From Candidatus Omnitrophota bacterium (GTDB lineage Bacteria > Omnitrophota > Gorgyraeia > Gygaellales > Profunditerraquicolaceae), in NCBI GenBank assembly GCA_028717245.1, contig JAQUOD010000001.1:21514-85513 (forward strand): 64,000 nt of DNA, in the 5' to 3' direction. Below are positions 37,354 to 47,681 of this stretch, piece after piece. The notes under the pieces were generated by a model. It did no database searches. It saw only the letters and a program-made list of their open reading frames with translations, and was not told the DNA's origin. Every line of letters starts with the position of its first letter. Positions within the stretch are counted from its first letter, which is position 1. The translations under genes were made by a program, and so were the position numbers.

Positions 37354-38724
37354 TTATTCATTTTGCGGGATGTCTTTGTATTCTTCCTTTAGCATCTCTT
37401 GGACAAAATGGGTGGATATCTTTCCTTCCAAAAAGGCAGAATCTGCCAGCAGGCGCTGGTGGAAGGGTATGGTAGTTTTTATGGGGGAGATAGTAAATTC
37501 GTTTAACGCCCTTTGCATTATTCTTATTGCTTCCTGGCGCGTGCCGGCGTAAGTTATTAGTTTGGCGACCAGCGAGTCGTAGTAGGGTGAGATTTCGTAT
37601 CCGGCGTAGATATGGGTATCCAGGCGTACGCCCGGCCCGCCGGGCAGATTAAGCGTTTCTATCCTGCCCGGGGAAGGCGAAAAGTTATTGGTATAGTCTT
37701 CGGCGTTTATCCGGCATTCTATCGCAGCACCCTTTATCTGGATATCGTCCTGTTGAAAAGAGAGCCTCTCGCCCGCGGCAACGCGGATTTGTTCTTTTAT
37801 CAAATCCATCCCGGTTACCATTTCGGTTACGGGGTGTTCTACCTGTATCCGGGTATTCATTTCCATAAAATAGAAGTTGTTATTACTGTCTAAAAGAAAT
37901 TCAATGGTCCCGGCGCCGACATAGTTTATTGCCTTAGCGCCCTTTACGGCTAATTCTCCCAGGCGTTTGCGTAATTTATTGTCCACTACCGGCGAGGGGG
38001 ATTCTTCCAATAGCTTCTGGTGCCTTCTCTGTATGCTGCAGTCCCTCTCTCCGAGGTGCACAATATGCCCGTGTTTATCAGAGAGGATCTGTATCTCTAT
38101 ATGCCGGGGCCTCTCGACATATTTTTCTATGTAGACATTAGAGTTGCCGAAATTCGCTTCTGCCTCTGCCTGGGCGGTCATCAGGCTAGCCACTAACCTG
38201 ATATCATTGTGGGCGATCCTCATCCCTTTTCCGCCGCCGCCGGCAGCCGCTTTTATAATTACGGGATAGCCTATTTTTTTAGCGGTCCTGATAGCCTCTT
38301 CTTTATTTTTTATTGCGGCAATGCTCCCGGGCACTATAGGCAGGCCCGTCTTTTGCATATTGGCGCGCGCTGCCATTTTGTCGCCCATGAGCCGGATATT
38401 CTCCGGGGTAGGCCCGATAAAAGTTATCTGGCAGGACTCGCAGATTTCCGCGAAATGCGGGTTTTCGGCAAGAAAACCGTATCCCGGATGTATCGCGTCT
38501 ACATCGGTGATTTCCGCGGCGCTGATAATCGCGGGGATATTTAAGTAACTGCTGCTGCTTTGCGGCTTGCCTATGCAGATGGCCTCATCAGCAAAGCGCA
38601 CATGCAGAGAATTCCTGTCCGCCTCGGAATATACAGCGACGGTACGGATGTCTAATTCCCGGCAGGCACGGATGACCCGCAGGGCTATTTCGCCGCGGTT
38701 GGCTATTAAGATTTTTGAAAACAT
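37354..38724 (-). CDS. accC: Acetyl-CoA carboxylase biotin carboxylase subunit
   Basis: ATP-grasp motifs, [17 protein letters not shown]-terminus, full AccC length. Confidence 0.9.
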   Translation of the reverse strand: MFSKILIANRGEIALRVIRACRELDIRTVAVYSEADRNSLHVRFADEAICIGKPQSSSSYLNIPAIISAAEITDVDAIHPGYGFLAENPHFAEICESCQITFIGPTPENIRLMGDKMAARANMQKTGLPIVPGSIAAIKNKEEAIRTAKKIGYPVIIKAAAGGGGKGMRIAHNDIRLVASLMTAQAEAEANFGNSNVYIEKYVERPRHIEIQILSDKHGHIVHLGERDCSIQRRHQKLLEESPSPVVDNKLRKRLGELAVKGAKAINYVGAGTIEFLLDSNNNFYFMEMNTRIQVEHPVTEMVTGMDLIKEQIRVAAGERLSFQQDDIQIKGAAIECRINAEDYTNNFSPSPGRIETLNLPGGPGVRLDTHIYAGYEISPYYDSLVAKLITYAGTRQEAIRIMQRALNEFTISPIKTTIPFHQRLLADSAFLEGKISTHFVQEMLKEEYKDIPQNE

Positions 38725-38742
38725 CGGTTTAGATTATTAATT

Positions 38743-39201
38743 TTAGAGGGGTTCGATGAGAAACATCGGTTGCCCGAATTCTACGGGTTCGGCATTATCC
38801 GCGAAAATTTCCAGGACCTTACCCTTCACTTCCGATTTTATTTCGTTCATTAATTTCATCGCCTCGATGATGCAGATAACCTGCCCCGGCTCTATTACCT
38901 GGCCCACCTCAGCATAGGGCGGCGCTTCCGGAGAGGGCGCGCGGTAAAATGTCCCTACCATCGGCGCCTTTATTTCTATCGTTTTTCCCGTTGTTTTTTC
39001 TGTGGTTTCGTAGGATTCTTCTCTGGGGTGTTCACCCGATACGCGTGTCCTTTCCACTATTATCGGCTGGTTAGCTGCATCTATGCCTGCGGCGCCGGTC
39101 TTTTTTAACCTGATGCGCATGCCGTCTTTTTCAATTTCCAGTTCTACCAGGCCGTTTTCGTTCATCAGGTTGATCATTTCCTTTATTTCTTTGATATTCA
39201 T
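38743..39201 (-). CDS. accB: Biotin carboxyl carrier protein
   Basis: Biotinylation motif EAMKLMN near C-terminus. Confidence 0.85.
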   Translation of the reverse strand: MNIKEIKEMINLMNENGLVELEIEKDGMRIRLKKTGAAGIDAANQPIIVERTRVSGEHPREESYETTEKTTGKTIEIKAPMVGTFYRAPSPEAPPYAEVGQVIEPGQVICIIEAMKLMNEIKSEVKGKVLEIFADNAEPVEFGQPMFLIEPL

Positions 39202-39217
39202 AGGAAACCTCGTATTT

Positions 39218-39784
39218 TTATGAGTATACCCTTTCGATATACTCTCCTGTGCGGGTATCTACTTTTATTTTATCCCCCGTATCTATAAAAAGCGGTACCT
39301 GTATGTTTGCCCCGGTCTCGATTTGCGCCGGCTTTGTGCCGCTTTTTGCGGTGTCCCCTTTTATCCCGGGTTCGGTATGGATAATTTTAAACTCAATAAA
39401 ATTCGGCAGGTTGATGTTTAAGGTTTCGTTTTTATAGAAATACCCCATAACTTCCAGGTTATCTTTTAAAAATTTTTTCTTATCACCGATACTGTCTTCG
39501 GAGATGGATATTTCTTCATAATTATCCTGGTCCATAAAATGGTATATAGTGCCGGAGAAATACTGATATTGCAGCTTTCTTTCTTCTATAAAAGCAGCAT
39601 CTATTTTTTCATCTCCCCGGAAAGTTTTCTCCTGGATGCCGCCGTTCCTTAAGTTTCTTAATTTTGCCCGGACGAAAGCGGCGCCTTTACCCGGTTTTAC
39701 ATGCTGGGTTTCTATGACCAGGTATACTTCTGCGTCTACCAGTATAGTTAACCCTGACTTGACGTCATTTATCGAGAGGGCCAC
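39218..39784 (-). CDS. efp: Elongation factor P
   Basis: KPGKGAAFVRAKLRN loop and 3-domain length. Confidence 0.9.
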   Translation of the reverse strand: MALSINDVKSGLTILVDAEVYLVIETQHVKPGKGAAFVRAKLRNLRNGGIQEKTFRGDEKIDAAFIEERKLQYQYFSGTIYHFMDQDNYEEISISEDSIGDKKKFLKDNLEVMGYFYKNETLNINLPNFIEFKIIHTEPGIKGDTAKSGTKPAQIETGANIQVPLFIDTGDKIKVDTRTGEYIERVYS

Positions 39785-40826
39785 TTAAGACCTCACATCC
39801 TTTTTTGGTTACTAAAACTATATCTTCTAACCTTATGCCGAACCTGTGGGGTAAATAAATCGCCGGCTCAACAGTAAAAACCATCCCCGGATTTAATATG
39901 CCTTTTTCTTTGCTGGATATGCTTGGTTTTTCGTGGACCTCCAGGCCTATCCCGTGTCCTAAGGCATGACCAAAAAACCCGCCGTATCCTTTTCGGGTTA
40001 TGTATTGGCGGGCAGCTGTATCGATTCCGCTTATAGGGACAGCCGGTTTTATTTTTTCTATTGCCTTATCTTGGGCCCGGCGGACTATATCGTAAACCTT
40101 TCTTACAGTAGGGGTTATTTTACCTAAAAAGAAAATCCTTGTCAAGTCAGATTTATACCCCGCATACTCAACGCCTATATCCACCAAGACATGCTCGTTA
40201 TTTTTAATTTTTCTCTGAGAGGTGCGGTGGTGGGGAAGGCTGGAGTTGGCCCCGGCAGCGACAATAATCTCAAAGGCGCAACCCTGGGCGCCGCGATACC
40301 TGACGAAACGCTCTATTTCTGCGGCAATTTCAATCTCTCTCTTTCCGGCTGAAATAAAATTACGGATAAACTCAAACGCCTTTACAGTAATCTGGATCGC
40401 GGTTTTTATCTTTTTAATTTCTTCCTTATCTTTTACCTGCCGCAGCCCCTCTATTAAACCATGAGTGGGAATAAATTCATATTTTTTATTTAATTTTATT
40501 TTATCCTCTCTATCTTCAGCTAAAGGAGAGCGCCTTTCTTCAAATCCTATGCGCTTAAGGCCTAAGTCCTGACAGAGCCTAGGTATGATTCTCATGATCG
40601 GGCCATCGGCCTGTTTTACCGTTGCAATGTTCTTTAAACATGCCCTGGCTTCTTGGATATATCTAGAGTCTGTGATATAAATATTCTTTTGCCTGGATAT
40701 TAAAAGGTGGGAATCACGGCTGGTGAAATCAGTAAGATAAGAGATGTTGGCGGGAGAAAAGACCAGCAGGGCATCTAGATTTTTTTCTTTTAATTTTGTA
40801 TATATGTATTTTATACGTAAATTCAT
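39765..40826 (-). CDS. M24-family Xaa-Pro aminopeptidase/prolidase
   Basis: Creatinase N-domain plus M24 metal ligands (HGxGHxxGLxVHE). Confidence 0.8.
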   Translation of the reverse strand: MNLRIKYIYTKLKEKNLDALLVFSPANISYLTDFTSRDSHLLISRQKNIYITDSRYIQEARACLKNIATVKQADGPIMRIIPRLCQDLGLKRIGFEERRSPLAEDREDKIKLNKKYEFIPTHGLIEGLRQVKDKEEIKKIKTAIQITVKAFEFIRNFISAGKREIEIAAEIERFVRYRGAQGCAFEIIVAAGANSSLPHHRTSQRKIKNNEHVLVDIGVEYAGYKSDLTRIFFLGKITPTVRKVYDIVRRAQDKAIEKIKPAVPISGIDTAARQYITRKGYGGFFGHALGHGIGLEVHEKPSISSKEKGILNPGMVFTVEPAIYLPHRFGIRLEDIVLVTKKGCEVLSGPLDK

Positions 40827-40835
40827 AAGATAGCA

Positions 40836-41266
40836 TCAAAGTAAATCTATCAGTGCCTCCAGGCCCAGCAGGTAACTTTTAGCGCCAAAACCCAGTATTG
40901 TGCCTTTTACTACCGGGCTGATCAGGGATTTTTGCCTGAATTCTTCGCGGGAGTAAATGTTGGAGAGATGAACTTCTACCGCTAATATGTTTGCGGCTGC
41001 TATAGCGTCCCTGATGGCAACGCTGGTATGCGTATAGGCAGCGGGGTTTATTAGTAAGCCGGCGTATTTATTTTTCATCCTGCCGATTAAATCGACGATT
41101 TCTCCTTCGTGGTTAGACTGTTTTATGGCCAGGACTACCCCTCTTTTTTTAGCAATTTTTTGCAAGGCGCCATTTATCTGTTGGAGAGTTACTTTACCGT
41201 AGATACCGGGTTCCCTCTTACCCAATAAATCCAGGTTCGGGCCGTGGATTACGAGAATTTTTTTCA
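40836..41266 (-). CDS. aroQ: Type II 3-dehydroquinate dehydratase (start moved to [11 protein letters not shown])
   Basis: [21 protein letters not shown] signature. Confidence 0.85.
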
Positions 41267-41271
41267 TTTTA

Positions 41272-41427
41272 TTAATCTTCTGCTTCGTCAATCAACATTA
41301 TGGGGATATCGTCTTTAATAGGGTATTTCTTACCGCACTTTTTACAGACGATTTTGTTGTCTTTTAGTTCCACGTCTGCCTTGCAGGCAGGGCATGCCAG
41401 GATGTCTAATAATTCTTTGTCTATCAT
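41272..41427 (-). CDS. Trm112/YcaR-like small zinc-ribbon protein (unannotated, 51 aa)
   Basis: [49 protein letters not shown] matches UPF0434/Trm112p pattern. Confidence 0.65.
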   Translation of the reverse strand: MIDKELLDILACPACKADVELKDNKIVCKKCGKKYPIKDDIPIMLIDEAED

Positions 41428-41798
41428 TTTGTCCCTCCTTGCGCTTGAGATATATACTGCATCCTTAATTCGTAAAGTATGTTTTCCAGGAAGTTTGCTT
41501 CTTCTGGCTTCAGGTTTCCTTTTGTTTTTTCTTTGAGCATCCCCAGGGTGTCAATAATGAATTTTGCCTGTATGAGGTTTTCTTCTTTTTTATTTGTCGC
41601 GGGGTTAGGGACCTGGCCTAAGTCAATGGATGCCTGAAGCGAAAGCGTAGTGACGAAGAAAATAAAATCCGGTTCGGGCGGAGCGGTTTTCCCTTCTTTC
41701 TTTAGGTTTTCTTTCTCTTTTTCCGCCGCTTCTTTCCAGCTCTCGTCGATATTTTTATTTAATTCGTCCATTGTTTTAGTATAAGATGATGCCGGCAT
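41424..41798 (-). CDS. DUF1844-like hypothetical protein
   Basis: Composition and conserved FFV..L..A pattern; weak. Confidence 0.4.
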   Translation of the reverse strand: MPASSYTKTMDELNKNIDESWKEAAEKEKENLKKEGKTAPPEPDFIFFVTTLSLQASIDLGQVPNPATNKKEENLIQAKFIIDTLGMLKEKTKGNLKPEEANFLENILYELRMQYISQAQGGTK

Positions 41799-42597
41799 AA
41801 CCCACTACGCTAGTTTTATCCTGGGTTATATCGCCGCTGGTTTGATATTGTATGAGTTTGGCTTTTCTTGCGCCCAGCCTTTTGGCAGCAGAGATCATCG
41901 TGATCACCGGGGCATATCCGCACATTGATATATTTAAACGCCGCAGCGTATGCATAAGTTTATCCTCGTCTAATTCCAAAATCGCCTCTATAGCCTGGCT
42001 GTCTTTTTTTTGGGCCTCTTCCTGCGGTTCGTAGTGGGTCATATCAGAACTGGCTGCCAGAAGAGGTAAATCTTTAAGTTTAAGCCCCGTTATAGTATCG
42101 GCGATCTCGCTACCTATTTTTTTAAGAGTTTCTACTTCATCGGAGAGCAGGATAATAGGTACGATTTCCAGGTCGTTTCTGAAATATTGCAAGAAAGGCA
42201 GCTCTACTTCCAGGGAATGTTCATATGCATGGGCTAAGGGGTCTTCTTCTAAATATTGAGAATGCCGTAAAATTTCTTTTGCCAGGCCGCTATCTATTTT
42301 GACCTCACCTAACGGAGTCTGCCAGCTGCCTTCGGATACGATACTGAATTTCGCTCCGTAACCGGTATGGTTAGGCCCCAGGAGGATTACCTTTTTCCTT
42401 ATATGAATATGCGAAATTGTCCGGGCTGCTACGGCTCCCGAATACATATAACCGGCATGCGGCAGGATACAACCAATGGCATCTGATTTAGCCGCTTTTT
42501 TATCAATAAGTGAGGCTATTTGTTCTTTGAGTTCTTTCGGGGAAGACGGATAAAATTGCCCTGCTACCGCAGGCGGCCTTAACTTAGATTTTTCCAT
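41776..42597 (-). CDS. MEMO1-family protein (AmmeMemoRadiSam system protein B)
   Basis: PAVAGQFYP N-terminus, HAGY and extradiol-dioxygenase-like core. Confidence 0.8.
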   Translation of the reverse strand: MEKSKLRPPAVAGQFYPSSPKELKEQIASLIDKKAAKSDAIGCILPHAGYMYSGAVAARTISHIHIRKKVILLGPNHTGYGAKFSIVSEGSWQTPLGEVKIDSGLAKEILRHSQYLEEDPLAHAYEHSLEVELPFLQYFRNDLEIVPIILLSDEVETLKKIGSEIADTITGLKLKDLPLLAASSDMTHYEPQEEAQKKDSQAIEAILELDEDKLMHTLRRLNISMCGYAPVITMISAAKRLGARKAKLIQYQTSGDITQDKTSVVGYAGIILY

Positions 42598-42604
42598 GCC
42601 AGGC

Positions 42605-42766
42605 TTATCTTCTTCCTCTTGACTTCTTTCTTTTGCGTTCGCTGGGTTTTTCGTAATGTTTGCGGTCTCTGAGCTCTCTTAGGATGCCTTCCTGCTCAAT
42701 CTTTCTCTTGAAACGGCGCAACGCCGACTCAAAGGATTCGTCTTTTTTGATTTCAATCTCCGGCAT
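42605..42766 (-). CDS. rpsU: 30S ribosomal protein S21 (unannotated in ORF track)
   Basis: Translation [53 protein letters not shown]; sigma-70 promoter TTGACA-N17-TATATT upstream. Confidence 0.85.
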   Translation of the reverse strand: MPEIEIKKDESFESALRRFKRKIEQEGILRELRDRKHYEKPSERKRKKSRGRR

Positions 42767-42959
42767 ATATAATCATCTCCCTTCCGTTTTTATTTGAATT
42801 ATCAATATAGCACTAAATTTAAGGGGTGTCAATAATTTAGGTAATACCGCGGGGTTTATACATTCGCGGCCAGAAAAACCCTGCTCTTCAGGGCAAGGAT
42901 GAAGAATGGCCGCTTTAGTATTTCGTTCCAAGAGGCCATGGGCTTTAGCCCATGGAGCT

Positions 42960-43643
42960 TCATTCGACCTCAAAAGAGATGATTACGTTAAAGGAGAGCT
43001 GGGGGTAATCCAGTTCTTTGGGAAAGTTCGCAAACGGTGAGGATTCTTTTACGCTTCTAAGGGCGATCTCCCTTAGGTAAGGGATAGGTGATGATTTTTC
43101 TTGCAGTAACCGCGTTTCTTTCAGGGAGCCATCAGAGAGGATAACGAAAGAAAGATACACCTCGCCCACTTCTACCCGGCTATAGTTTTGGTAAGCCGAG
43201 CGCCTGATCTTCTCGCGCACCATCTGGTAATAAGTTATGTAGGAAGGGCTATTGATTTTATTGATATCTATGGGGGGTAAGGTTATCTTTTTTTTAACGG
43301 CGATAATATCAGGTTTTATAAAAGCGGGTTTGGTAAAGGTATATTTTTGAGAAAGGGCCTGCCTGTCTTTTTTAAAGATAACCTCTCTGTCTATGAAGGG
43401 CGGCGGGGCTGCTTTCATAGCTGTTGCCTTAGGGGACGATTTTAAAAAGTCCTGTTTTGGCTGGGGTATTTCCTGGTGCGCCTGCTTTTTTAGCGCCGGC
43501 TCTATATAACTTACTTCTAGATTTTGCTTTTTTTTATCCGCTGAAGAAAGATGCGGGTTAAGATTAGGATTCTGGAATAGGATAACGCCGTGGGCGGCTA
43601 AAGATAATAAAAACGCGATTTTAAAGGCTTTATCTGAAAGCAT
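42960..43643 (-). CDS. TonB-like energy transducer (N-terminal anchor, Pro/Lys-rich spacer, TonB C-terminal domain)
   Basis: Domain architecture and C-terminal beta-alpha-beta pattern; adjacent to TonB-dependent receptor. Confidence 0.55.
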   Translation of the reverse strand: MLSDKAFKIAFLLSLAAHGVILFQNPNLNPHLSSADKKKQNLEVSYIEPALKKQAHQEIPQPKQDFLKSSPKATAMKAAPPPFIDREVIFKKDRQALSQKYTFTKPAFIKPDIIAVKKKITLPPIDINKINSPSYITYYQMVREKIRRSAYQNYSRVEVGEVYLSFVILSDGSLKETRLLQEKSSPIPYLREIALRSVKESSPFANFPKELDYPQLSFNVIISFEVE

Positions 43644-43980
43644 GAGATTTATATTAACATAATTGGTTTTGGTTTACAAGTTTTGATTTAAAGGGGGTAG
43701 TATACTCAATCTTGTGTAAATTATATCAGGCAGCGGGTCCTGCCTGCCGAGCCACTTCGCCGTCCTCGCTTTTGGCTGCGGGCGGCAAGGTCTTCGTTTC
43801 GTCAGTCACCCACTGGACAGAAAACCAAACAAAACCGCCAAACAAGCGCCAAACACAAACAAGACGCTCTTAATAATTATATCTCTTGCAATAAGTTGCG
43901 TAACAATTCTTATGTCTAGCCTGCCTCTGCCTTAAGGCTTAAAAAGAATTGTTTTATAACTCTAGTGATTATATAGAGTT

Positions 43981-44096
43981 AACAACAGCGTCTTGGTCAT
44001 TACAACAGCGTCTTGGTCATTGGTCATTGGTCACTTTGGTTATTTGCGTTGGTTATTTGGTTACTTTTACTGTTTTGGTCACTGTTGGTCACTGAA
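43981..44096. repeat. Tandem short repeats (ACAACAGCGTCTTGGTCATT x2, GGTCATT x3, TTGGTCACT/TGACCAA units)
   Basis: Directly visible periodicity immediately 3' of the TonB-dependent receptor gene. Confidence 0.7.
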
Positions 44097-44109
44097 GGCT
44101 ATGCCGTGT

Positions 44110-46233
44110 TTAAAACTTTATAGAGCCACCCACAGTAAAATTTCTTTCTGCTGCTGGATAATAATTTTTATACGTCCTATCGAAACTAGCCGCACCATAT
44201 TCGTAATATTCTTCATTGAATAAGTTATTAATTCCTAAAAATGCCGAGACAATACCTTTATCAAAAATTAATTTGGTATCTACGGTAAGATAAGAAGCCA
44301 TACGCGGCAGCACATTAGCTTGGTCGCTGATAAAATACCTTTCCCCGATGTAATTACCCACCAAGGAAAATATAAAATATTTATGGAATTTTATATCCCC
44401 GCCCAAACTCCATTTATGAACAGGAACCGCCGGAATCATTTTTTTATCATATGTGCCGCCCTTAAAATATGCATCTGTAAACGTATAATTGGCAAAGAGT
44501 TTAATCCTTTCATCCCATTTCATGTCTGTGCTGAATTCTAATCCTCTGTGGATTGTCTTATCATAATTAGTATTATTGCCCGTTGTCGGCTCATAATATA
44601 TCTCATTCCTAACTTTCATCATATAGCCGGTTAGCCCGATGAGGAAGTTTTTATTTAAACTATGGCGAATGCCGGCTTCGTAATTCTTTGCCGTCTGAGG
44701 GCCAAGGGCGGAATTTAGACCTCCTCCCGGCCCAAGCCCGTAGTCAAATTTATTCACATAAACTTCATCAACCAGCGGAAGGCGGAAGCTGTTGGCAAAA
44801 CTTAAATAAACATTTGAGTCAGCACGGTAGTTATAATTTAGCGCGGCATTAAACACACTTTCCTTAAATCTGCTCTTTTCTGAACCAATTAAAACCGCTT
44901 CCTGTTCAAAGTTATAACGCGCAGTTTCGTACCGGGTCCCTCCGGTAAAGGAAAATTTATCGGTAAAATAAAACTGGTCCATTAAATAAAACCCGTAATC
45001 TTTCTTAGACAAAGTAAGCTTGTCAGGGTTACCGGCATAACTACCATCATTTATGTCTTGCTCTGCATCAAAATAGTCTATACCGGCGATAAACTTATTT
45101 CTATTCCTAAATATTTTATTTTCCAATAAATATTTTGAATTCATGGTATAGGTAACGGTATTTCTTTCGCTCATCCAAGAATACTTAACATTATTAAAGA
45201 ATGTATCTCTTTTTCTTTTGGCCAAATCAACCTCAACTTTACCGAATTCATCCAAATCTCCTTCGATACCAAAGTCAATAAAATAGTCTCTAGACCTTGC
45301 AAAATCGTCGGGAGTAACCGATGCGCGCCTGTCCCTGGTATTTAATTCTCCGTCTAATAGCCCGCCGGGAAGTCCGTATTTATCTGTGTGATTCCCAAAA
45401 GTAAATCTGGTTTTTAAGCTCTCATTTAAGGAATATTTTAATTTTCCGTTAAAATCATTGCGTATCAGGTCACTATTTATTCTATATCCGTCTGTTCGAT
45501 ATTGTTCAAAAAGGCCTAAGCCGGAAAAATTTTCTTTATCAAGAGAAAGCTCAATGTTTTCTCCATAAGTCCCATAGCTACCCCCAAGTAAGCCTAATTT
45601 CAATTCATTTTTTCTATACGCGGGTTCTTTGGTAATTATATTAATTACACCTCCAGATGCGTTATCGCCATACAATACGCTCCCTGCGCCCCTGAGGATT
45701 TCAATTTTCTCAACCATGGAAACAGGTATCTGCGTCCAGTCGGTGCCGCTTAAGTCGATATTATTCACCCGTCTGCCATCTACGAGCACTAGCACATTGC
45801 TCAAGCCGGTTTCTCCGAAACCGCGGATATCGGCATTTGTAGTTTTACCATTACCGATGTAATCCCGCATTATCACTGAACCCTGGCCACTAAGGAGTTC
45901 GGGTATGGTTTTTGCTTTTGAGCGTTCAATCTGGCCTTTTGTAATAACAGAGATATTGTTGGGTGTTTTGCCCATTTCTTCTTCGTTCCTGTTTGGGGTT
46001 ACGACAATCCTTTCTAAATCAATATCTTCTGCTTGACACAAACTGCTTGAAAGTAAAACCAATCCTGCGAAGACAATCAGTGTTTGCCTGACCTTTTTTA
46101 GCCTAAACCTTTTCATGACTTGATTCTCCTTTCCCTTCTTCGCGAAGGTACTTTCCTTCCAGTAGGCGATCGACCGGACTTGAAACCCTAAATAGGGTTT
46201 TACCGTTGCGCGGGCAGTGCCTGGAATCTCCAC
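44110..46233 (-). CDS. TonB-dependent outer-membrane receptor (likely cobalamin/corrinoid, BtuB-like by context)
   Basis: Signal peptide, plug domain (ETIVVTP.R, IEILRGAGSVLYG), 22-strand barrel length, C-terminal F. Confidence 0.8.
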   Translation of the reverse strand: MEIPGTARATVKPYLGFQVRSIAYWKESTFAKKGKENQVMKRFRLKKVRQTLIVFAGLVLLSSSLCQAEDIDLERIVVTPNRNEEEMGKTPNNISVITKGQIERSKAKTIPELLSGQGSVIMRDYIGNGKTTNADIRGFGETGLSNVLVLVDGRRVNNIDLSGTDWTQIPVSMVEKIEILRGAGSVLYGDNASGGVINIITKEPAYRKNELKLGLLGGSYGTYGENIELSLDKENFSGLGLFEQYRTDGYRINSDLIRNDFNGKLKYSLNESLKTRFTFGNHTDKYGLPGGLLDGELNTRDRRASVTPDDFARSRDYFIDFGIEGDLDEFGKVEVDLAKRKRDTFFNNVKYSWMSERNTVTYTMNSKYLLENKIFRNRNKFIAGIDYFDAEQDINDGSYAGNPDKLTLSKKDYGFYLMDQFYFTDKFSFTGGTRYETARYNFEQEAVLIGSEKSRFKESVFNAALNYNYRADSNVYLSFANSFRLPLVDEVYVNKFDYGLGPGGGLNSALGPQTAKNYEAGIRHSLNKNFLIGLTGYMMKVRNEIYYEPTTGNNTNYDKTIHRGLEFSTDMKWDERIKLFANYTFTDAYFKGGTYDKKMIPAVPVHKWSLGGDIKFHKYFIFSLVGNYIGERYFISDQANVLPRMASYLTVDTKLIFDKGIVSAFLGINNLFNEEYYEYGAASFDRTYKNYYPAAERNFTVGGSIKF

Positions 46234-46257
46234 CAGGACTTCCTTCGCCTACCCGGA

Positions 46258-46962
46258 TTAGATAGTTTTATATTTTTTAATATCGAGAAACCAGTGTTTC
46301 CAGAAGCCTTCCTTGATAATGGGTTCGGCTTTTAGTATCTGAATCCGTTTCTTAAAAATCGGGCCGTCTATCACCAGGGTATGGAATTCTCCGTTTTCGC
46401 CGCAGGGGCAGATATTCCTTGTTTTCAACTCGCTGATTAAATCCGTGTCTATCGGACGGCCGAGGAATTCTTTGCCCATTATGTCTGCTTTACAGCTGAC
46501 AATAATCGCCTTAAAGCCGAGTTTTATAAAATCTTTGATAATTTCTTCCGGCGGTAAATTCCATAACGGCTCTACGGCAGAAATATCTAAATCTTTGCAG
46601 ACACGTTTAACCCAATTCTCATGTTCTTCTAAATAAATATCCCCGAAAACCATTGCCTTGACGCCTTTGAATTTAAACTCTCTAACCGCAGCCTTAAATT
46701 CCTCTTCATATTTTTTCATATCCGGGCTTACTTCTTTTTGAATCAGGGGTATGCCTATTGCTTCTGTTTGGGCCTGCATGAGCTTATTTTCTATTCCGTG
46801 AAAACATCCGCGTTTGGATTCCCGCGAGATAAAATTCAAAAGGTATTTTACCTGATAGCCCTCTTGGATTGCCTTATAGCAAGCCAGGCAGCTGTCTTTA
46901 CCGCCGCTCCATGAAGATATCGCCGTTAAATTATCCATAGGTTGCCCCTTTCTAAAATGCAT
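46258..46962 (-). CDS. PP-loop ATP pyrophosphatase (MJ0570/Dph6-like)
   Basis: SWSGGKDS PP-loop motif. Confidence 0.65.
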   Translation of the reverse strand: MHFRKGQPMDNLTAISSWSGGKDSCLACYKAIQEGYQVKYLLNFISRESKRGCFHGIENKLMQAQTEAIGIPLIQKEVSPDMKKYEEEFKAAVREFKFKGVKAMVFGDIYLEEHENWVKRVCKDLDISAVEPLWNLPPEEIIKDFIKLGFKAIIVSCKADIMGKEFLGRPIDTDLISELKTRNICPCGENGEFHTLVIDGPIFKKRIQILKAEPIIKEGFWKHWFLDIKKYKTI

Positions 46963-47681
46963 ATACTAAATAATATGATGACCTCAGTTATTTCTTCTGC
47001 TGCGCCAAGGGTGTCTCCGGTTATTCCGCCGATTTTTTTATCCATAGCTTTACCGAAAATATAATTAACCCCGGCTATTATCATAAGAACTAATAGCCCT
47101 TTTATCCTCCAGATTGCGATTACGGGAATCAGGGTGATTATAGTCGCTAAGATAAATATTTTTAAAGTTATTCCCTGCGTAAAAGTCTTTGCTTTACCCT
47201 CTTCTCTGGCATAAGGGAATAAAAATATCGTAAAGACCATAGACCATCTGCTCAGTATGCACATTAAGAGCAATGCAGTCATTTTGGAAGATATGCCTAG
47301 CGTAGAAAGAAAAGAGGACTTTAATAGTAGCATGCTTATTATTGCCAAGACCCCCATTACGCCGATGTGGGGATCGCGCATAATCGTAAGCATCTCTTCT
47401 TTGCTCTTTCTGCTCAATAAGGCATCGGCAGTATCGGCTAGGCCGTCTAAATGCATCCCGCCTGTAAGTATGACGAGGGAGATAACCAGGATAATATTTA
47501 TGGAGAATTCCGGGAAATTCAGGTTAAGGAATAAATTGTCTATTCCTACTAAAGCCAACCCCAGCAATAGCCCGATCAATGGGAAGCATATCATTGATTT
47601 TGCTAATTCATCTTCTCGTGCGAGGCTGACCTTAACGGGAATAATGGTTAAGAATTGTAGCGCCAAGAGTAGGCTCTTCAT
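46926..47681 (-). CDS. cobS: Adenosylcobinamide-GDP ribazoletransferase
   Basis: LQFLTIIPV N-terminus, multi-TM CobS pattern. Confidence 0.8.
   Translation of the reverse strand: MKSLLLALQFLTIIPVKVSLAREDELAKSMICFPLIGLLLGLALVGIDNLFLNLNFPEFSINIILVISLVILTGGMHLDGLADTADALLSRKSKEEMLTIMRDPHIGVMGVLAIISMLLLKSSFLSTLGISSKMTALLLMCILSRWSMVFTIFLFPYAREEGKAKTFTQGITLKIFILATIITLIPVIAIWRIKGLLVLMIIAGVNYIFGKAMDKKIGGITGDTLGAAEEITEVIILFSICILERGNLWII

Noticed and set aside
42773-42973. Minus-strand 66 aa ORF upstream of rpsU
   Set aside because: Covers the rpsU promoter (TTGACA-N17-TATATT) and has no RBS; likely spurious
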